A stretch of DNA of 64,000 nucleotides from Balanoglossus misakiensis. Taxonomy: Eukaryota; Animalia; Hemichordata. Below are positions 41,852 to 56,101 of the stretch, in pieces. Position 1 is the first letter of the stretch, and each line of letters opens with the position of its first letter. The translations under genes and the position numbers were made by a program. The stretch lies in NCBI GenBank assembly GCA_040954595.2, contig CM082588.2, positions 7,796,844 through 7,860,843 on the forward strand. The letters are read 5' to 3'. Under the pieces are notes generated by a model that was not told where the DNA came from, searched no databases, and saw only the letters and a list, made by a program, of their open reading frames with translations.

Positions 41852-42582
41852 GGCTGTGAGAAGAACAGCCACTTATAGGATGAATAATATTGTTCAACTT
41901 TCTTTGTATTTGTGTAGTCAGCATTCACTTTGTATTTGTGTGATGTATTACTTTATTTGAGAACTGGATGTTCTCCTTGCATTTGGACCTGAGGTCTTCA
42001 AACGCAATAAATTACTTTTATTATTACTGGCTGTGAGAAGAGCAGCCACTTGCCACACATAGAGTGTATAATATTGTTCAACTTTCTTTGTATTTGTGTA
42101 GTCAGCATTCACTTTGTATTTGTTTGATGTATTACTTTATTTGAGAACTGGATGCATCTCCTTGCATTTGGACCTGAGGTCTTGAAACGCAATAAATTAC
42201 TTTTATTATTACTGGCTGTGAGAAGAGCAGCCACTTGCCACTCATAGAGTGTATAATATTGTTCAACTTTCTTTGTATTTGTGTAGTCAGCATTCCACTT
42301 TGTATTTGTGTGATTGTATTACTTTATTTGAGAACTGGATGTTCTCCTTGCATTTGGACCTGAGGTCTTCAAACGCAATAAATTACTATTATTATTACTG
42401 GCTGTGAGAAGAGCAGCCACTTGCCACTCATAGAGTGTATAATATTGTTCAACTTTCTTTGTATTTGTGTAGTCAGCATTCCACTTTGTATTTGTGTGAT
42501 TGTATTACTTTATTTGAGAACTGGATGTTCTCCTTGCATTTGGACCTGAGGTCTTAAAATGCAATAATATAATTATTATTAC
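41852..42582 (+). repeat. ~184-bp tandem repeat, 4 units
   Basis: Units start ggctgtgagaag. Confidence 0.85.
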
Positions 42583-43066
42583 TAAGGACACAATTTGTAT
42601 GTAAGGAAATATGCGGAGAGTGGCAGAATATTTATTTAAACCAAGTGACACACTTTTGTAAGACACATTCCTGTACAGATTCAATTTAGATCTGTTTCTA
42701 ACCTCTGTCCAAAATGCCAACATTTGCTAGAAATTGTACAAAACTTATCAAGTTTGGAGATGGCACAACAAGAGTTTATATATCTAACTCATTGTTATAC
42801 ATTTGCTTATTTCTATTTATTGCTTTACTTTATTATTTTTTTATTGAAATGTTTTTTCTTAATTTCTATAGAACCTGTAAATGAGACTTGTTCCACTTGG
42901 TCTTCCTTGAAATAAATAAAGTCTGAGAAAAAAATCAATTCTGCAAAATCTGTTTTCTTTAGAATGAATGAAGAGATTGAAAGTTGTATTAGGTAAAGCG
43001 AGGGGAACATATTATTAAATGAATGTAAAAGTTGGACTCTGATGCAACTAATGCAAAATATATTTA

Positions 43067-43414
43067 AGGGACAAAGTCTCTCTCTCGTTGCCCCTTTTTC
43101 CACTAATTAGGTTAAATACAAGACAACGTTTATGTCATTCTATATGTGGATATATAGTGAATCAACGTTCGACTACACACAAATTCCATCCAACTTGTAG
43201 ACACAAGAGTGAAAAAACTCACCAAAATGAATAATCGGTGTTTACCATTTATCCATTTTGGCGGGATTTTTACTCTCATATCTTACAGACGGGATGGAAG
43301 TTGTGTGTCGTTGAATGTGGATTCTCTTATATCCACATGTAAAATAATCTGCACGGTGTCTTGTATCAAACAGAATTAATGGAAAAAGGCCTGCGAGAGA
43401 GAGACTTTGTCCCT
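43067..43414. mobile_element. TTAA-associated MITE, family 2 (agggacaaagtctctctc TIR)
   Basis: Long imperfect inverted arms. Related copies in NLR intron 1 (3157-3430, 23232-23511, 36288-36529); half copies near 653 and 20715. Confidence 0.65.
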
Positions 43415-46335
43415 TTAATGATAATGCAATATTTTGAAGAGAGAGCTATGCTCACCAACATACATATCTCACCCACCGATTGGGGAAATGTGTTGTTCCT
43501 CCGGGAGTGGCACTGCAACAAATGTCGCCGACAGAACTAACTGTAAGTGTATGTAAAGAATGATGTAGCTGAGTTGCAATCCTTCTTGTACGAGCAAGAC
43601 AACCGGCCACTGCATGATTTTCAGAAAATTAACAACTCTAAATCTGTGATTTGACATTTTAATCCCACCTTGGTTTAATAAGAGGGATGTCCTTAGAATG
43701 GAATTGATGTCACATGGCAAACTATCATGCATCCATTCTTACGAAACTAAACATTGTCTAATTGCGAGATGTTTTTTTGAGGATGGCAGTCGACCGAGCA
43801 TCGATAGTTTTTGAAAAGTGTATGCAGACCAGTGTGAAATATGTGAGGGCTCAGGTGACATCTATGAAGTATACTCCTTTCACGTAGACCGAGGACTTGG
43901 GCTGAACCACACCCTCTATTCCATCGTTCGACTGTTCCAGTGATGAGAAGAAAGTGGAAACAAGATAGTTTGGTGGGAGATCAATATTCTCCATCCCTGA
44001 AACCTTCAATCCATACCGGTAAAAACCTCGATGTTACTTACCGGTAATATACTACCAAAGGGTGCTCGCTTCTCGGCGTTTTGCCATGGAGAATATGGAC
44101 GAAAAATAATAAAATCACCATAGACGAATCTGTAGCCTCTTGAGAAATTACACTGGCTGTCCACCATGTCCCACCATTGCGTTTTTAATTCCATGCCAGT
44201 GATGGATAAAATAAAATGCATCGTAAATGCAAAGATTTATAGCAGTCGGCCTAATACTTACCAAAGCGATTAATATAACACAAATCTTTTAACTTGGCCT
44301 TAAAAGGTAAAAAAGATGCCCGCGTTCATTGCAATTTGAGATTCAAACAATAGTTTTGTGAAATACCGTTAAATTGTATTAACTCCCACCACCGTGGAAC
44401 GAACTCAAGTGTCCAACTCCTTTACTGTAGAACGAACTAACTTTAGGAGCTGAAAGTCACTCCTTTATACAAACATACTCATGCTTTGATGTACTGCAGT
44501 TACAATGCAAACCAGAATACAATTAAAAAGCATTTCACAAAACTATTATTTGAATCCCATGTTGTTAACGCAGGTAGATGTGTCAAATACACGTTCGCCG
44601 ATAGACAATTAAGTCAGATATAAATTAGTCTACGTCATGTGGGTAACTACATTTCCAAGGTGTGAACTCGCCCGCATGGTCTGCTAAAGTTCACACCCTC
44701 ACAACATTTGGTGTGTGACATACCGGTACGTATATATATGTCCCGGTATACTTGTGTACTTCTCATCATTAATTCATATTTTCAGGACACTACACTTTTG
44801 ATTCCAGAAACATGCAACTCCGGATGACTTGGCAGCTGTTCCAAAATATGCTGTTTATTTAAAGATCATGATGAATCTCAGCGTAATTTGTTTGTAAATA
44901 TGTACAGTATACAACTGCCATCAGTATCATAAATATCTTTGCCAGATTGACCAAAAAACGAGTAAAGATCTGGCACAGTGAATGTGTCTAATCACAATAT
45001 GTGATTTTGCCGCCAAACGACAGGTACCTATTATAAATTGACATTATGTTACAGAGATTACTAGTAATCTTTCTGTTGGTTGTGTTAGAGAAACACTTTT
45101 ACATACGTTTAACAATAAGTTCCCCTCGCTATAGATAAAACAACCTTTCAATCTTTTCATTCATTCTGTTTTAATTAAAATAAAGAAAACAGATTTTTCA
45201 GAATTGGTGTCTGCTCAGACTTAGTTTATTCAAGAAAGACCGACTGGAATAAGTCTCATTTACAGGCTCTATGGAAAAAGAAAATAAAAAAAAAACATTT
45301 CAATATAAAACAATGAAGTTAAACAATAATTATAAATAAGCAAATGCATAATAATGAGTTAAGATATATAAACTCCTGTTGTGCCATCTCCAAACTTGAT
45401 AAGTCTCATACAATTTCCAGCAAATGTTGGCATTTTTGCACAGAGGTAAGAAACAGAACTAAATTGAATCTGTACAGGAATGTGTCTTACAAAAGTGTAT
45501 CACTTGGTTTAAATAATAATTCTGCTACTCTCTGCATATTTCCTTACATACAAATTGTGTCCGTAGTAATAATAATAGTAATTTATTGCGTTTCAAGACC
45601 TCAGGGCCAAATGCAAGGAGAACATCCAGTTCTCAAATAAAGTAATACATCACACAAATACAAAGTGAATGCTGACTACACAAATACAAAGAAAGTTGAA
45701 CAATATTATACACTCTATGAGTGGCAAGTGGCTGCTCTTCTCACAGCCAGTAATTATAATAGTAATTTATTGCGTTTGAAGACCTCAGGTCCAAATGCAA
45801 GGAGAACATCCAGTTCTCAAATAAAGTAATACATCACACAAATACAAAGTGAATGCTGACTACACAAATACAAAGAAAGTTGAACAATATTATTCATCCT
45901 ATAAGTGGCTGTTCTTCTCACAGCCATAGCTTTATAAACATACTTGCAAATATTCAATAATACCCGTAAATCTGTGGAACTCATAAGCCTTTTGAATTTG
46001 TCATAGTTCCGGTCAAGAAAAACACTTCGTGGTAGATATTTGATTCTAGTACTGTTATAAAGTGAACAAATCAAATTGTGATTATTTGTTCACTTTGTGT
46101 GTCCTTAGTAAATTGATTATATTTCCATCTGGATACAGTATGTTGAAAATACCTTGACAGTTTGTCTAACTGTGCAAGCATTGATGTCTGTAGTATATTC
46201 TGTTACCTGGCATATTGTATTTCTGTACCTTAAATTAAGTGTATCTAAAAATTGTTTTAAAGTTTACAAATTTTCATGGAGAATTTCCCCTATATAGCAG
46301 AATTAATCTTATGCAAATGTGGCATTCAGCATTCT

Positions 46336-49268
46336 CTATAAAGGTCCACTGATCGATACGGTAAGAACGTGAATATACCTTTCATAATCTAACCCGATCG
46401 GCCTCTTCACAGTGTATTGGTATGACCCTGAAACATTTCCTTTAAAATACTCGGTCATGATATTGACAATATCATCCCTGCCTTCTGGACTTGATGATGG
46501 AAAAGTAAATGAAATTGTCTTCAATGCAATTTTTCCACCACACAATCGACTATGTGTTGGTAAAATCAATTGACTAATATACTTATGCTCAGTGGAAAGT
46601 TGAGGGTTTCTATAAATTGTATTTGACTCATGACATAAATGCAGTGCAAAGCTTTCCAGAGTTGTATTGGAACTCAAAGCAGCACATAGAGCTGAATATA
46701 AATGGTCTGTGCTCATTCTGGACTGATACAGAGCAAAGGACAGTGACTTGACATACTTATTACATTGAATAAACTTCGATACAGCATCAACATTTTCATT
46801 CTCTAGAAATAACTTAAGATCCTCTAATGTGGTGTTAGACATCAAAATATGTAAAATCTCATTCACAACATCAGAAATTGGCAATGATCCAGATGGAACT
46901 ATACAAGGTATCTTTACAAATACTGATGTGAAAAACAAACTAAGAGATTTAATTGTTTTGCTGATATTTTGAACAGCTTTGAACAAAGCTCTTGCAGTCT
47001 TGTTCTCAATGGCAGAATATCTGACAAGATCAAAATCTACAAAATGACAAACCTTGGTAGATTGACATTGTTCAAGCATATCAGCAACTTTCAGTAATAC
47101 GCTATTTACACCTGTTTTGGTTTCCACAATATTATGAAAGTGTCTGGCCTGTTTCAATGACTTAAATGGAACAATGTTATCAATATTCTCCCATTGATGG
47201 TCAGACAGGTCAAGTGTATGCAATGACAAACAATCAATATGCTCATTTTTCACAGCATTTTCGATAAGGTTTCTTAAAGTGCGTGATGTCAAATCTGTTT
47301 CTTTATTTAAGGTGCCTTGCTTACATTTTTCATTGAGAGTGCTGTCAACAACATTATCCCTATAATTTACAATGATATGAATGTTTTGTACCGCTTTGGT
47401 TTCTCTGATAGCTTTTGCCAACTGAAGCAGATTCTTGCTACTAGATGGAGTCACATACAACGCAAGGCATTCTAGAGAAATGAGATTGTTCTCCAGTGCC
47501 TCTGCCAAATAGGAAATCTCTGATGATTGCATGTTGATATCTATCTGAAGATTTTTATCAAATTTGGGTCTACTTTCATGTGAGTGTATATACTGGTACT
47601 TCAGCATATCAATGATTATCATAAAGCCACTGTCTTTACAGTGCCATAAATTGAATGTACGAAAGTTCATATCGTCCCCTACAATATATGGTGATGCTGA
47701 AGACAAAGAATTGATAACCATGGAGGATACTTCTGTACGGAAAGGTGGAAGGGTATGATAACATTTGATATACCTTATTTGATCAAGAATGGGTTCAAAA
47801 AATGTGAAAAATGCTTGATAATTGATACTTTCATGTAAGAAAGATATAGCTTTGTTCATTCTTGTGTCAATGTAATCATTATCTGCAAACTTGCATATTG
47901 CCATCCCAATCCCCTTAAATACTGGGCCAGCTTTCTCCTTCAGAGTGCCAGTCAGAAATACAAAGACTTGGTCATTGTTGCAAACATAATTGTTAGTATA
48001 TAGAAATTGAAACTCATCAAAGGAAGCAGTATCCTTCACACATTCAGCAATATGTAAAGCAGCAAAATATTCCTGCCAAGTTTTGTGACAGAAGAAACAA
48101 ACTTTCTTTGGTTTTGTGCGAGATACACCGCAATCACGCACAAGTAACCCTAGTGACAAGAGCCATGTTGGCATCACATCTACCTCATTTATGAGTAGTT
48201 TTCTCTGTTTCAGATAATTATAAGCAATGGCAGCCAGTTTATTTACATCAGCCATGATATCATCGGGTACTTCTCCTTGTTCATCAAGACTGTCTCCAGT
48301 CTTGGAACAATACCTCTTCAAAATACACTGCAATACTTCAAAATACAACTCTGTCACTCTAGTTGGGAAATGGTCACCATCTTGATGATCCTCCCACAGT
48401 ACACAAAGAAATGAAACATGTAAGGGATTACTAAGGAAATCATCCAACCATGCAAACCAGAGGTTTTGTTCTAAATTTTCGATCAAATTCTCACCAGTCT
48501 CAGACTCATGCTTGAAGTACTTCCTGATATATTCCCTACAATCACTCTTTGTGAAGCCCTCTATGTGATAATGTGAATCACAGTTTTTCAGCTGTGTGTC
48601 ACATTCATGGGGCCTGGTTGTGATAGCTACTGTACATCTTGGCAATAATTTCTTTGCAATAATCCGACTAATATCAGAACTTTCCTTGAAATCATTACAC
48701 ATTTCATCCAAACCATCACAGAGGAACAGCACAGAATCTGCATTCCTTTTCAGAACCTTGTCAAGCTCATCTCTGGAAATTTCTGCATCATCAGGAAGTA
48801 ATTGATCAAATATGGTTTCTATGATTGATTCTTTACTCATATATCTCATTTCCAAAAGAAAGACTAATTTAAATTGCTCTAATTTTCCACAAGCCCAGTT
48901 GTAGGCCAGCTTTCTAGAAAACATTGACTTGCCAATAGCTGGAGGTCCTTCAATTCTTATTCTACATGGTCTCACTCCTTTTCTATCTGCTTCAAATATT
49001 GCACTCTCATGAACAACAGTGTCATTTTCTTCATTGTCCTCAATGATCTCTTCAAATATTGCACTCTCATGAACAACAGTGTCATTTTCTTCATTGTCCT
49101 CAATGATCTTACCCCTTTCATCAACCTCTACCATCTTCAGTCGGGTATACACATCAGATAAATGGAGTGAGAAGTTTTCATTCCATGGCAATGGTTGGAA
49201 CTTGTCAAAGTCATGGCTGTACAATCCTTTGAGATAGTCTTCAAGCCACTCAAACCCTGCAGAAGTAT
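46336..49268 (-). CDS. NLR-like copy 5 (inverted), exon 3: NACHT + LRR (about 1478 aa spliced)
   Basis: Intact ORF; acceptor ttcttatag| on the minus strand. Confidence 0.9.
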
Positions 49269-49910
49269 CTATAAGAAAAAAAAAATGAAATATTGATGGT
49301 ATGACTTTAATTTGTTTTGCAGATAGTTGCTGTTTATTTTACTATTTTCACAAGCTGTAAAACATCATTGTACTAGGTATAATATAGTCAGGGGTTACAT
49401 ATGGTATACTAGAAGTATTATGACCCAACTACCGTAATATATGAACCACATATTGTGTTCCACATAGGCAGGGTCATGTCGTGATTACCCCCAGCTTTTT
49501 GACAGTGTCAGCTCTGCACATGAGAATACAAAAATTATGCGTGAAACATGGAAATTTTCAGTATCTTATTTATAAGTTCTTACATGTACTAAAAGGTGTT
49601 TGTGAATATTATCATACTATCTAGCTTGGTATGTAACTAGAATATAGGTTCAGACTTTAACAATGATGATTTCCAGCTCATTGAGAAATCTCCTGAGACT
49701 TGGTTAATTACTATAGCAACGGGTTGGTAGCTAAGAAATTAGAATAGGTGAATGCAGAGTTTAACAAAAAAGGAAATTGTTTGTGCCATTGAATATGGTG
49801 GGACATGTTAATTGTTTGCCCTGTGCCAGGGGAATGTCCTCCCATATAAATTGCTTAGCTACGTGAAATCTCGTGGGGTCACGTGGAGTTCAGAAAATGA
49901 TCAATTGTAC

Positions 49911-50042
49911 CTTTGCATTCTTCTTTGTGACCTTTCCTCCAGTGTTGTTCCTGGCAGTCTTTCCCACAATACATCACTGCACAACAGCGTATAAACTTCT
50001 TGAGATTATCACTCTTACAGTTGCACCAAGCACAGGAAGCAT
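49911..50042 (-). CDS. NLR-like copy 5, exon 2: zf-MYND
   Basis: AG/GT conserved, 132 bp. Confidence 0.75.
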
Positions 50043-50531
50043 CTTGAGATAAAGGAGAGAATTTATAGAAAAAGTTATTTTTAATGGTGGTGTACAACAG
50101 AATCTTTTTTCAAACTAAGCAGCTCCGTGATGTCACCATGTATCAATACTTGCAGAAACCTGGAACATATCATCACCTAAAATGATTTTAGACTCCACAG
50201 AAAAGTGGGATTGTATTATCTTGATTTCCTGATTATTCCCATTCTCATATATTGCAAAAATAATTATAAAACTTGCTTATGATATTGGTCTATGAAATCT
50301 TTGTTAATGATGCAAGACTTGAGATGTGAAATAAGCTAACCCAGATTGGCCCTCAGGGTCATCTGACCAAGTTGGAATATGAGTTCTTATCTGCACATAT
50401 AATTAATTTTATGAGACCATGAAGGAAATATTAAATTTGACCAAAAATTATACAAATTATAAAAAACCTACAAGATTGTAGATTTCAGCCATAGAAATGC
50501 ATTCAACTTGTTAATCTTAATTTAATATTAC

Positions 50532-51903
50532 CTGGAACACATGTTCTTGACTCACTGGTATGTGAAGTCTTGAGGCCTTCTTTGATGTCAACCAGTGTCT
50601 CTGATATCTGACCTAGATGTTGAGTTGTTTCTTGTTGGTTCTCCCGTTGGTTCTGTTCGATATCAGCCAAAGTACTGCTATGGTCACTCTGTATCTCTGA
50701 TATCTGACCAAGATGTTGAGTCGTTTCTTGTTGGTTCTGTTCGATATCAGCCAAAGTACTGCTATGGCCACTCTGTGTCTCTGATATCTGACCAAGATGT
50801 TGAGTCGTTTCTTGTTGGTTCTCCCGTTGGTTCTGTTCGATATCAGTCAAAGTACTGCTATGGCCACTCTGTGTCTCTGATATCTGACCAAGATGTTGAG
50901 TCGTTTCTTGTTGGTTCTCCCGTTGGTTCTGTTCGATATCAGCCAAAGTACTGCTATGGCCACTCTGTGTCTCTGATATCTGACCAAGATGTTGAGTTGT
51001 TTCTTGTTGGTTTTGTTTGATATCAGCCAAAGTACTGCTATGGTCACTCTGTGTCTCTGATATCTGACCAAGATGTTGAGTTGTTTCTTGTTGGTTTTGT
51101 TTGATATCAGCCAAAGTACTGCTATGGTCACTCTGTGTCTCTGATATCTGACCAAGATGTTGAGTCGTTTCTTGTTGGTTCTGTTCGATATCAGCCAAAG
51201 TACTGCTATGGTCACTCTGTGTCTCTGATATCTGACCAAGCTGACGAGTTTGATCGCCAATTCTCTCTTCCATACGCTGTAGGAACTTTTCTAGCACCAT
51301 GTCGGATTCTTCCCAGTCCTTTAAAGTTTGTTCGTATTTGTCTGTCTCTGCAGGGTCCATACTCGCAGTCTTCAACTGATCGATATCTCCCTGCTTAGCG
51401 CCAAGACGTACCAATACTTGACTAATGTCATCCCAGAAAGATTGAAATTCGCTCTCAGGGACAGCTGTGCCCGTCATGTGTTGAAGTCTATTCCTGAACT
51501 CTCTTATTCGGGTCACATCAGCTTCAACACGGAGATCACCAGGGGAGGGATGTGTCCATACTCTATCTCTTGGATGTCGAAGGCCACAGATATTCCGTAA
51601 TAAAACTGTGAGCAATGTAATGTCGAAAAGTTCAGACTTGACAAGGTTGGGTTGGGTTGGGTATAACAGATCCCACTGACCATCACTGATAACCTTTTGA
51701 CCCGGATTAGGTCCTTTATACGACATTCGTAGTCTCACTAACGATGCATTATGCCTGTTAAGGGTGTTTGCAAGCACATTAGGTGGAATCTTGCTGTCAA
51801 ATACACATCTCACCGCTTTAGATCCACCGTCGATAAGTAGTCGACAAAGTCTAGCGTGATTCACCTTCTCGGCTGTAGTTAAAAATGCACCACCGGTCGC
51901 CAT
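50532..51903 (-). CDS. NLR-like copy 5, exon 1: HEPN + 7 repeat units
   Basis: Paralogous ORF; donor ccaG|gtaata, phase 1. Confidence 0.85.
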
Positions 51904-52650
51904 CTTTGTACGATATCACAAAACACAACTTGACTCCAGTTCTGGAAGCACTTGGGCGCAGATATATGAAGATCTCCACTTCCAAGATTAACTCGAACAG
52001 TGTTGGTGATACACTAAATTGTTCACATTTTCTAAAACTAGGCGGAACTATGTGTGCACAAAGTCACAAACACGCAGTTTGAACTCTTAAACCACAACTA
52101 ACAGAGGCTCGGCACTAATAAGCTTAACAGTGGCCTGACCGTTCCATGTATATGTATACGTTACCTGATTTGAAATATTTCAAGTGGTAAAGTAAAGTCA
52201 AGTGGTTAGAAAGATACAATCAGATTATGTGGCTTGAACCTGTATTACTTCATTAAGTAAATAAAAAAGTCCAACACATCAATGTTCGGTGGTAGGATTT
52301 CAAATGTGAAGGCCACTGATATTGGCACAAAATACGAGTAAGCAGGTATATATAAACAAAGAGAAATATATATTGTCCATAATGGTGATATCATCGGGGA
52401 ATCCCCTCAACCTCGTTTTCACCTGAATATATTCATGGCATTTGACAAAGTCAACCCGTGACTTCAAATTGATCACATTGAAAATAGACAGGAGCGTTCT
52501 ACTGTACTATAGTTAGGTTAATTTAGTATTGGTACAGGAATCAGTTGTGTAAAAGTGATTGATCAATTCGTTGTCCTTCTGGTGTTCTGTTCCAGAATGT
52601 CGTCGTAAGACAAAGGTGTAGTTTCCCCATAATTGTTTGTGTCTTTGTTG

Positions 52651-52652
<2 letters not shown>

Positions 52653-52681
<29 letters not shown>

Positions 52682-53215
52682 TTGTCGAGATTGACTAATT
52701 TTAAACAGAGCAAGAAGTATACATGTCAATTAATGTAAATAAATATCTAACTTAAGGACGGTAGCATTCATTTTCCTGTCTAATTTTTAGTTCAACCATA
52801 AAAAGGTCAAAGATATTTATTTTACTGAGGTTTTCTGTTTCCTTGTACATAATCCATGATTTGTAGATTGTAAACATAGCTATGATTAATAAGAGGTTGA
52901 CATATTTGTCATGCTGTTCAAAGCCACACAATAGATTTCTCATACAGATTTCTACATGGCAGTTTTGTGTGTTTAACAGAAAGTCATGAAATTCTTTCCA
53001 AAACAGAGTTACTCTATCGCACGTAATAAACATATGGAAGATATCATTTGTTACATTACAAATGTTACAGTTTTTTGTTCTAGCTAATTTCCATTTATAC
53101 AGATTTGCATCATTTGGAAGAATATCATACATAAATTTATACATAAAATTTGACAATTTTCTTTCTGGAGTTAACTGTATAATACGATAATACCATACAT
53201 GTAGATGAGACAAGT
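52653..53215 (-). mobile_element. 5'-truncated L1/Tx1-type LINE 3' end
   Basis: ORF 52752-53213 resembles the zf-RVT C-terminus (ILP..LYKW..C..C..HMF..C..FW), followed by AATAAA and a poly(A) tail (T-run 52653-52680). Confidence 0.75.
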
Positions 53216-55799
53216 GTCTTTGTTGGTGCTTTCGAAATGTAATAATGCTTGCTTAACGGTGACAATAAGACTAAGTTCAGCCCGAGCATGAAGGTTCTGC
53301 GAAATATCTTTTCTGAAAATGTGGAACCGGAAATTTGGTGGGGAAAACATTCCCAGGAGTGGGTAGAAATGTTTCACCAATCGCCATATTTGTTCGCTAT
53401 CGTGCATTGGGAAATATTATGTAAAGCTTGGGTGATTTTCCATTGTTGTTTTTTTTGCCCAATGTTTGACTTGATAGATAGGATTTCCTATCCCTGTGGG
53501 TAGTTCAAATTATGGCACTTTCTTAATTTTTACCAAAAACCCGTTTGACCCTATAAAGAGAGCTTTTTAGGGTATTATTTGAATTAAATTATATGTAATC
53601 AGGGCAAATGAACAACATTTTGGTAACTACCCAAATGGTATGTTTTATGATCTGTTTTTGTGTGTAAACTGTGTTTTTTCATGTTTCAAAAATAGGCCAA
53701 TTAAGTACACAATCTACAGCCACTGCATACCTAGTATAAGGAAGTGAAACTTTGTATACTAGTAATTCATTCACATCAAGATAAGCCTAAAAATTTAAAA
53801 TAAAAATAAAAATAAAAAACTTTATCGTCATAAGAATAATGTAAGATTTGGAGTATTGATCACTGTACCATATGAGTAACTTAAGAGAAAAAGTATTACT
53901 ACATGTAGTACATTGTGTATTTTAAATAAAGATCTGAAAATAATCATTGAATGGTGCGGTTCATATGTACGACACCCCAGATAGGACAGAGTTTTACACA
54001 AGACATGCACTAATATATTCCTTTTCATCAGAATATGATTTCGATAATACAAAAATTTTGTCTAAACTACAGTTTTTTTAGGATTGTCAATGGAAATACA
54101 ATTGTATTGCAAAAAGGTATTGTTTTTGATGCACATTTAACGCAGAAAATTAACAGTTGACCTTGGAAATCGTCATTTGATTTCCAACAAATTTTCTCAA
54201 AAAACAACAGAAAATACTAGTTGTACGTATTTGGATTTGTTTTCTCACACCATCTCTTAAAAATTCTCAAAAAAAGAAGAGATACCGTCGTATAAAACTG
54301 TGTTAAAGGTATACAGTCACCTCCAATTTAAATACGCCCATGTATGGCTGAAATGGCGTATTTGAGTGTTCTAAAAAACATATGGTGGCGTTGTTGTTTT
54401 TTTTCGCGCGTGCCACCCACTGAAAATCTGTGATTGGCTAGATCTCAATTTGCCATGGTAACTGTAGCTAACTGTATACCTTTAATTACTTCAGCTGCCA
54501 CAAGATTGCCTCAGTGTTTTTCCTAAGGCCAGGAAACACTGGTAAATGAGTTGGGAACCCTAGTAACGCTTCTGCTAGCTACCAATATGACTGCATTGAC
54601 ATACAAAGGGGAACCCTGGTAACATTTATCTGGATACTGTCCGCTCGCTTTCTAAAACTTTTATGTTTACCCATGGAGATAAACTCGCTGTAAGCCTTAT
54701 ATTTAATATGGCGATCTCAACATGTAAACACACAAAATAAATCAAACGCGAGTGGTTCGGACGTTAGGACAAGTTAATCGCATCATATTTGGAGTCGGTT
54801 ATGAGGTAGACGTAGACAGGGAAAGGATTTTGTTTCGATAAAATCGAATTTCGGCCGAAAAAGCTGCGGTCCGGATCCGGACCGCAGAAGCACCAGTTTT
54901 TTCTATGGCGCCTTGCAGGGCTGTGGGTGGAGGCCGTGTAACGCCGGGAACACACAGACCTGTACGCAGAGCTACACATAAGGCTGAGAGGGCTGATAAT
55001 AATATTGTGGGGGATAGAAGATTCCCGTGTTCCCAGCTACAAATGATTTGTTTGGGATTATTTTTCTATCGCGTAGGATTCTTAGAGAAAGCTTCTTAGT
55101 GATACGCTTCAATTGAAAGAATCTTACAGGACACTTGCATCAGATTCAGGGGGGGGGGTATTACAGATATATTCTCGACGGGCTTTCACTGTAATTACAT
55201 CAGTCCATTCACATGTGGAGTTCGTGACAACATACTTTTGATGTTGATATGGACCGAACCCAACTCATCGGTTTGGCCAAATTAATAAGGTGTTCTCTGA
55301 GTAGCGACTAAAGATTAAAAGACATGAAAAATGCAAACTTTGAAAAATAATATACCAGTTTTTTTATTTGTGTGTTTTTATCACAAACTATACCTAAAAC
55401 ATCGCACAATTCTACCTATAGACTGAAACCTAGCCACTTCTACTCTATAATACCCCGTTTTGAATATAAAAAAATAGTATTTTTATAATAGCTTTTCTAA
55501 TAACATTTTTTCTTAAATGTAGGTGTATACTTCAATAAAAGCTTAAAAATAAGGGTACTTGCGTGAATTCTATAAGAGTACTAATTAATTAAATAATGTA
55601 CTATCATACTCGAAAACTATTTTTTCACTCTCTCCGCATTCTTCATGATTTTTTTTTTTTAAATTGTCTAAGATTCTCTTTACTACGTTTACAGCTAAAG
55701 TACAATGTATGAAGCCATGTTGATATACCCAAAGGCTATCTGTTGTAATTTTTGATCTTATCAAATACAGCTAGTTGTCCTTCATTACAAATTAAAACA

Positions 55800-56101
55800 A
55801 AGGATCAGGTAGTCCGTATGTAAATGAGGCCATCAACGCTCATCTATTTTCAGCCCCTGACGTCATCGGTGTTCCCCCTGCATGCCCTGATGTGATTGGC
55901 TATTGATGACGTGTTCTCTGTGTTGCTAAATTTAGTGCTATAAACAAACACTCTGCAATCATGTGCAATATATTGAGGAATCGTAGTACGGACAGCTTAT
56001 CACCGCAATAAGCATGTAGATTGTATTTGGTGCATTTCCCAGTTGAGCTGATATATTGCTAAACATATGTAGAATAAATTTACGGCCCGGGTAACGATGA
56101 C
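55800..56101 (+). pseudogene. Promoter/5'-leader remnant of a third AAC4-like copy
   Basis: Matches about 10700-11003 and ends at gtaacgatgac. Confidence 0.6.

Noticed and set aside
43469-44221. Short minus-strand ORFs in the unique region
   Set aside because: No recognisable motifs; cannot be supported without a search.
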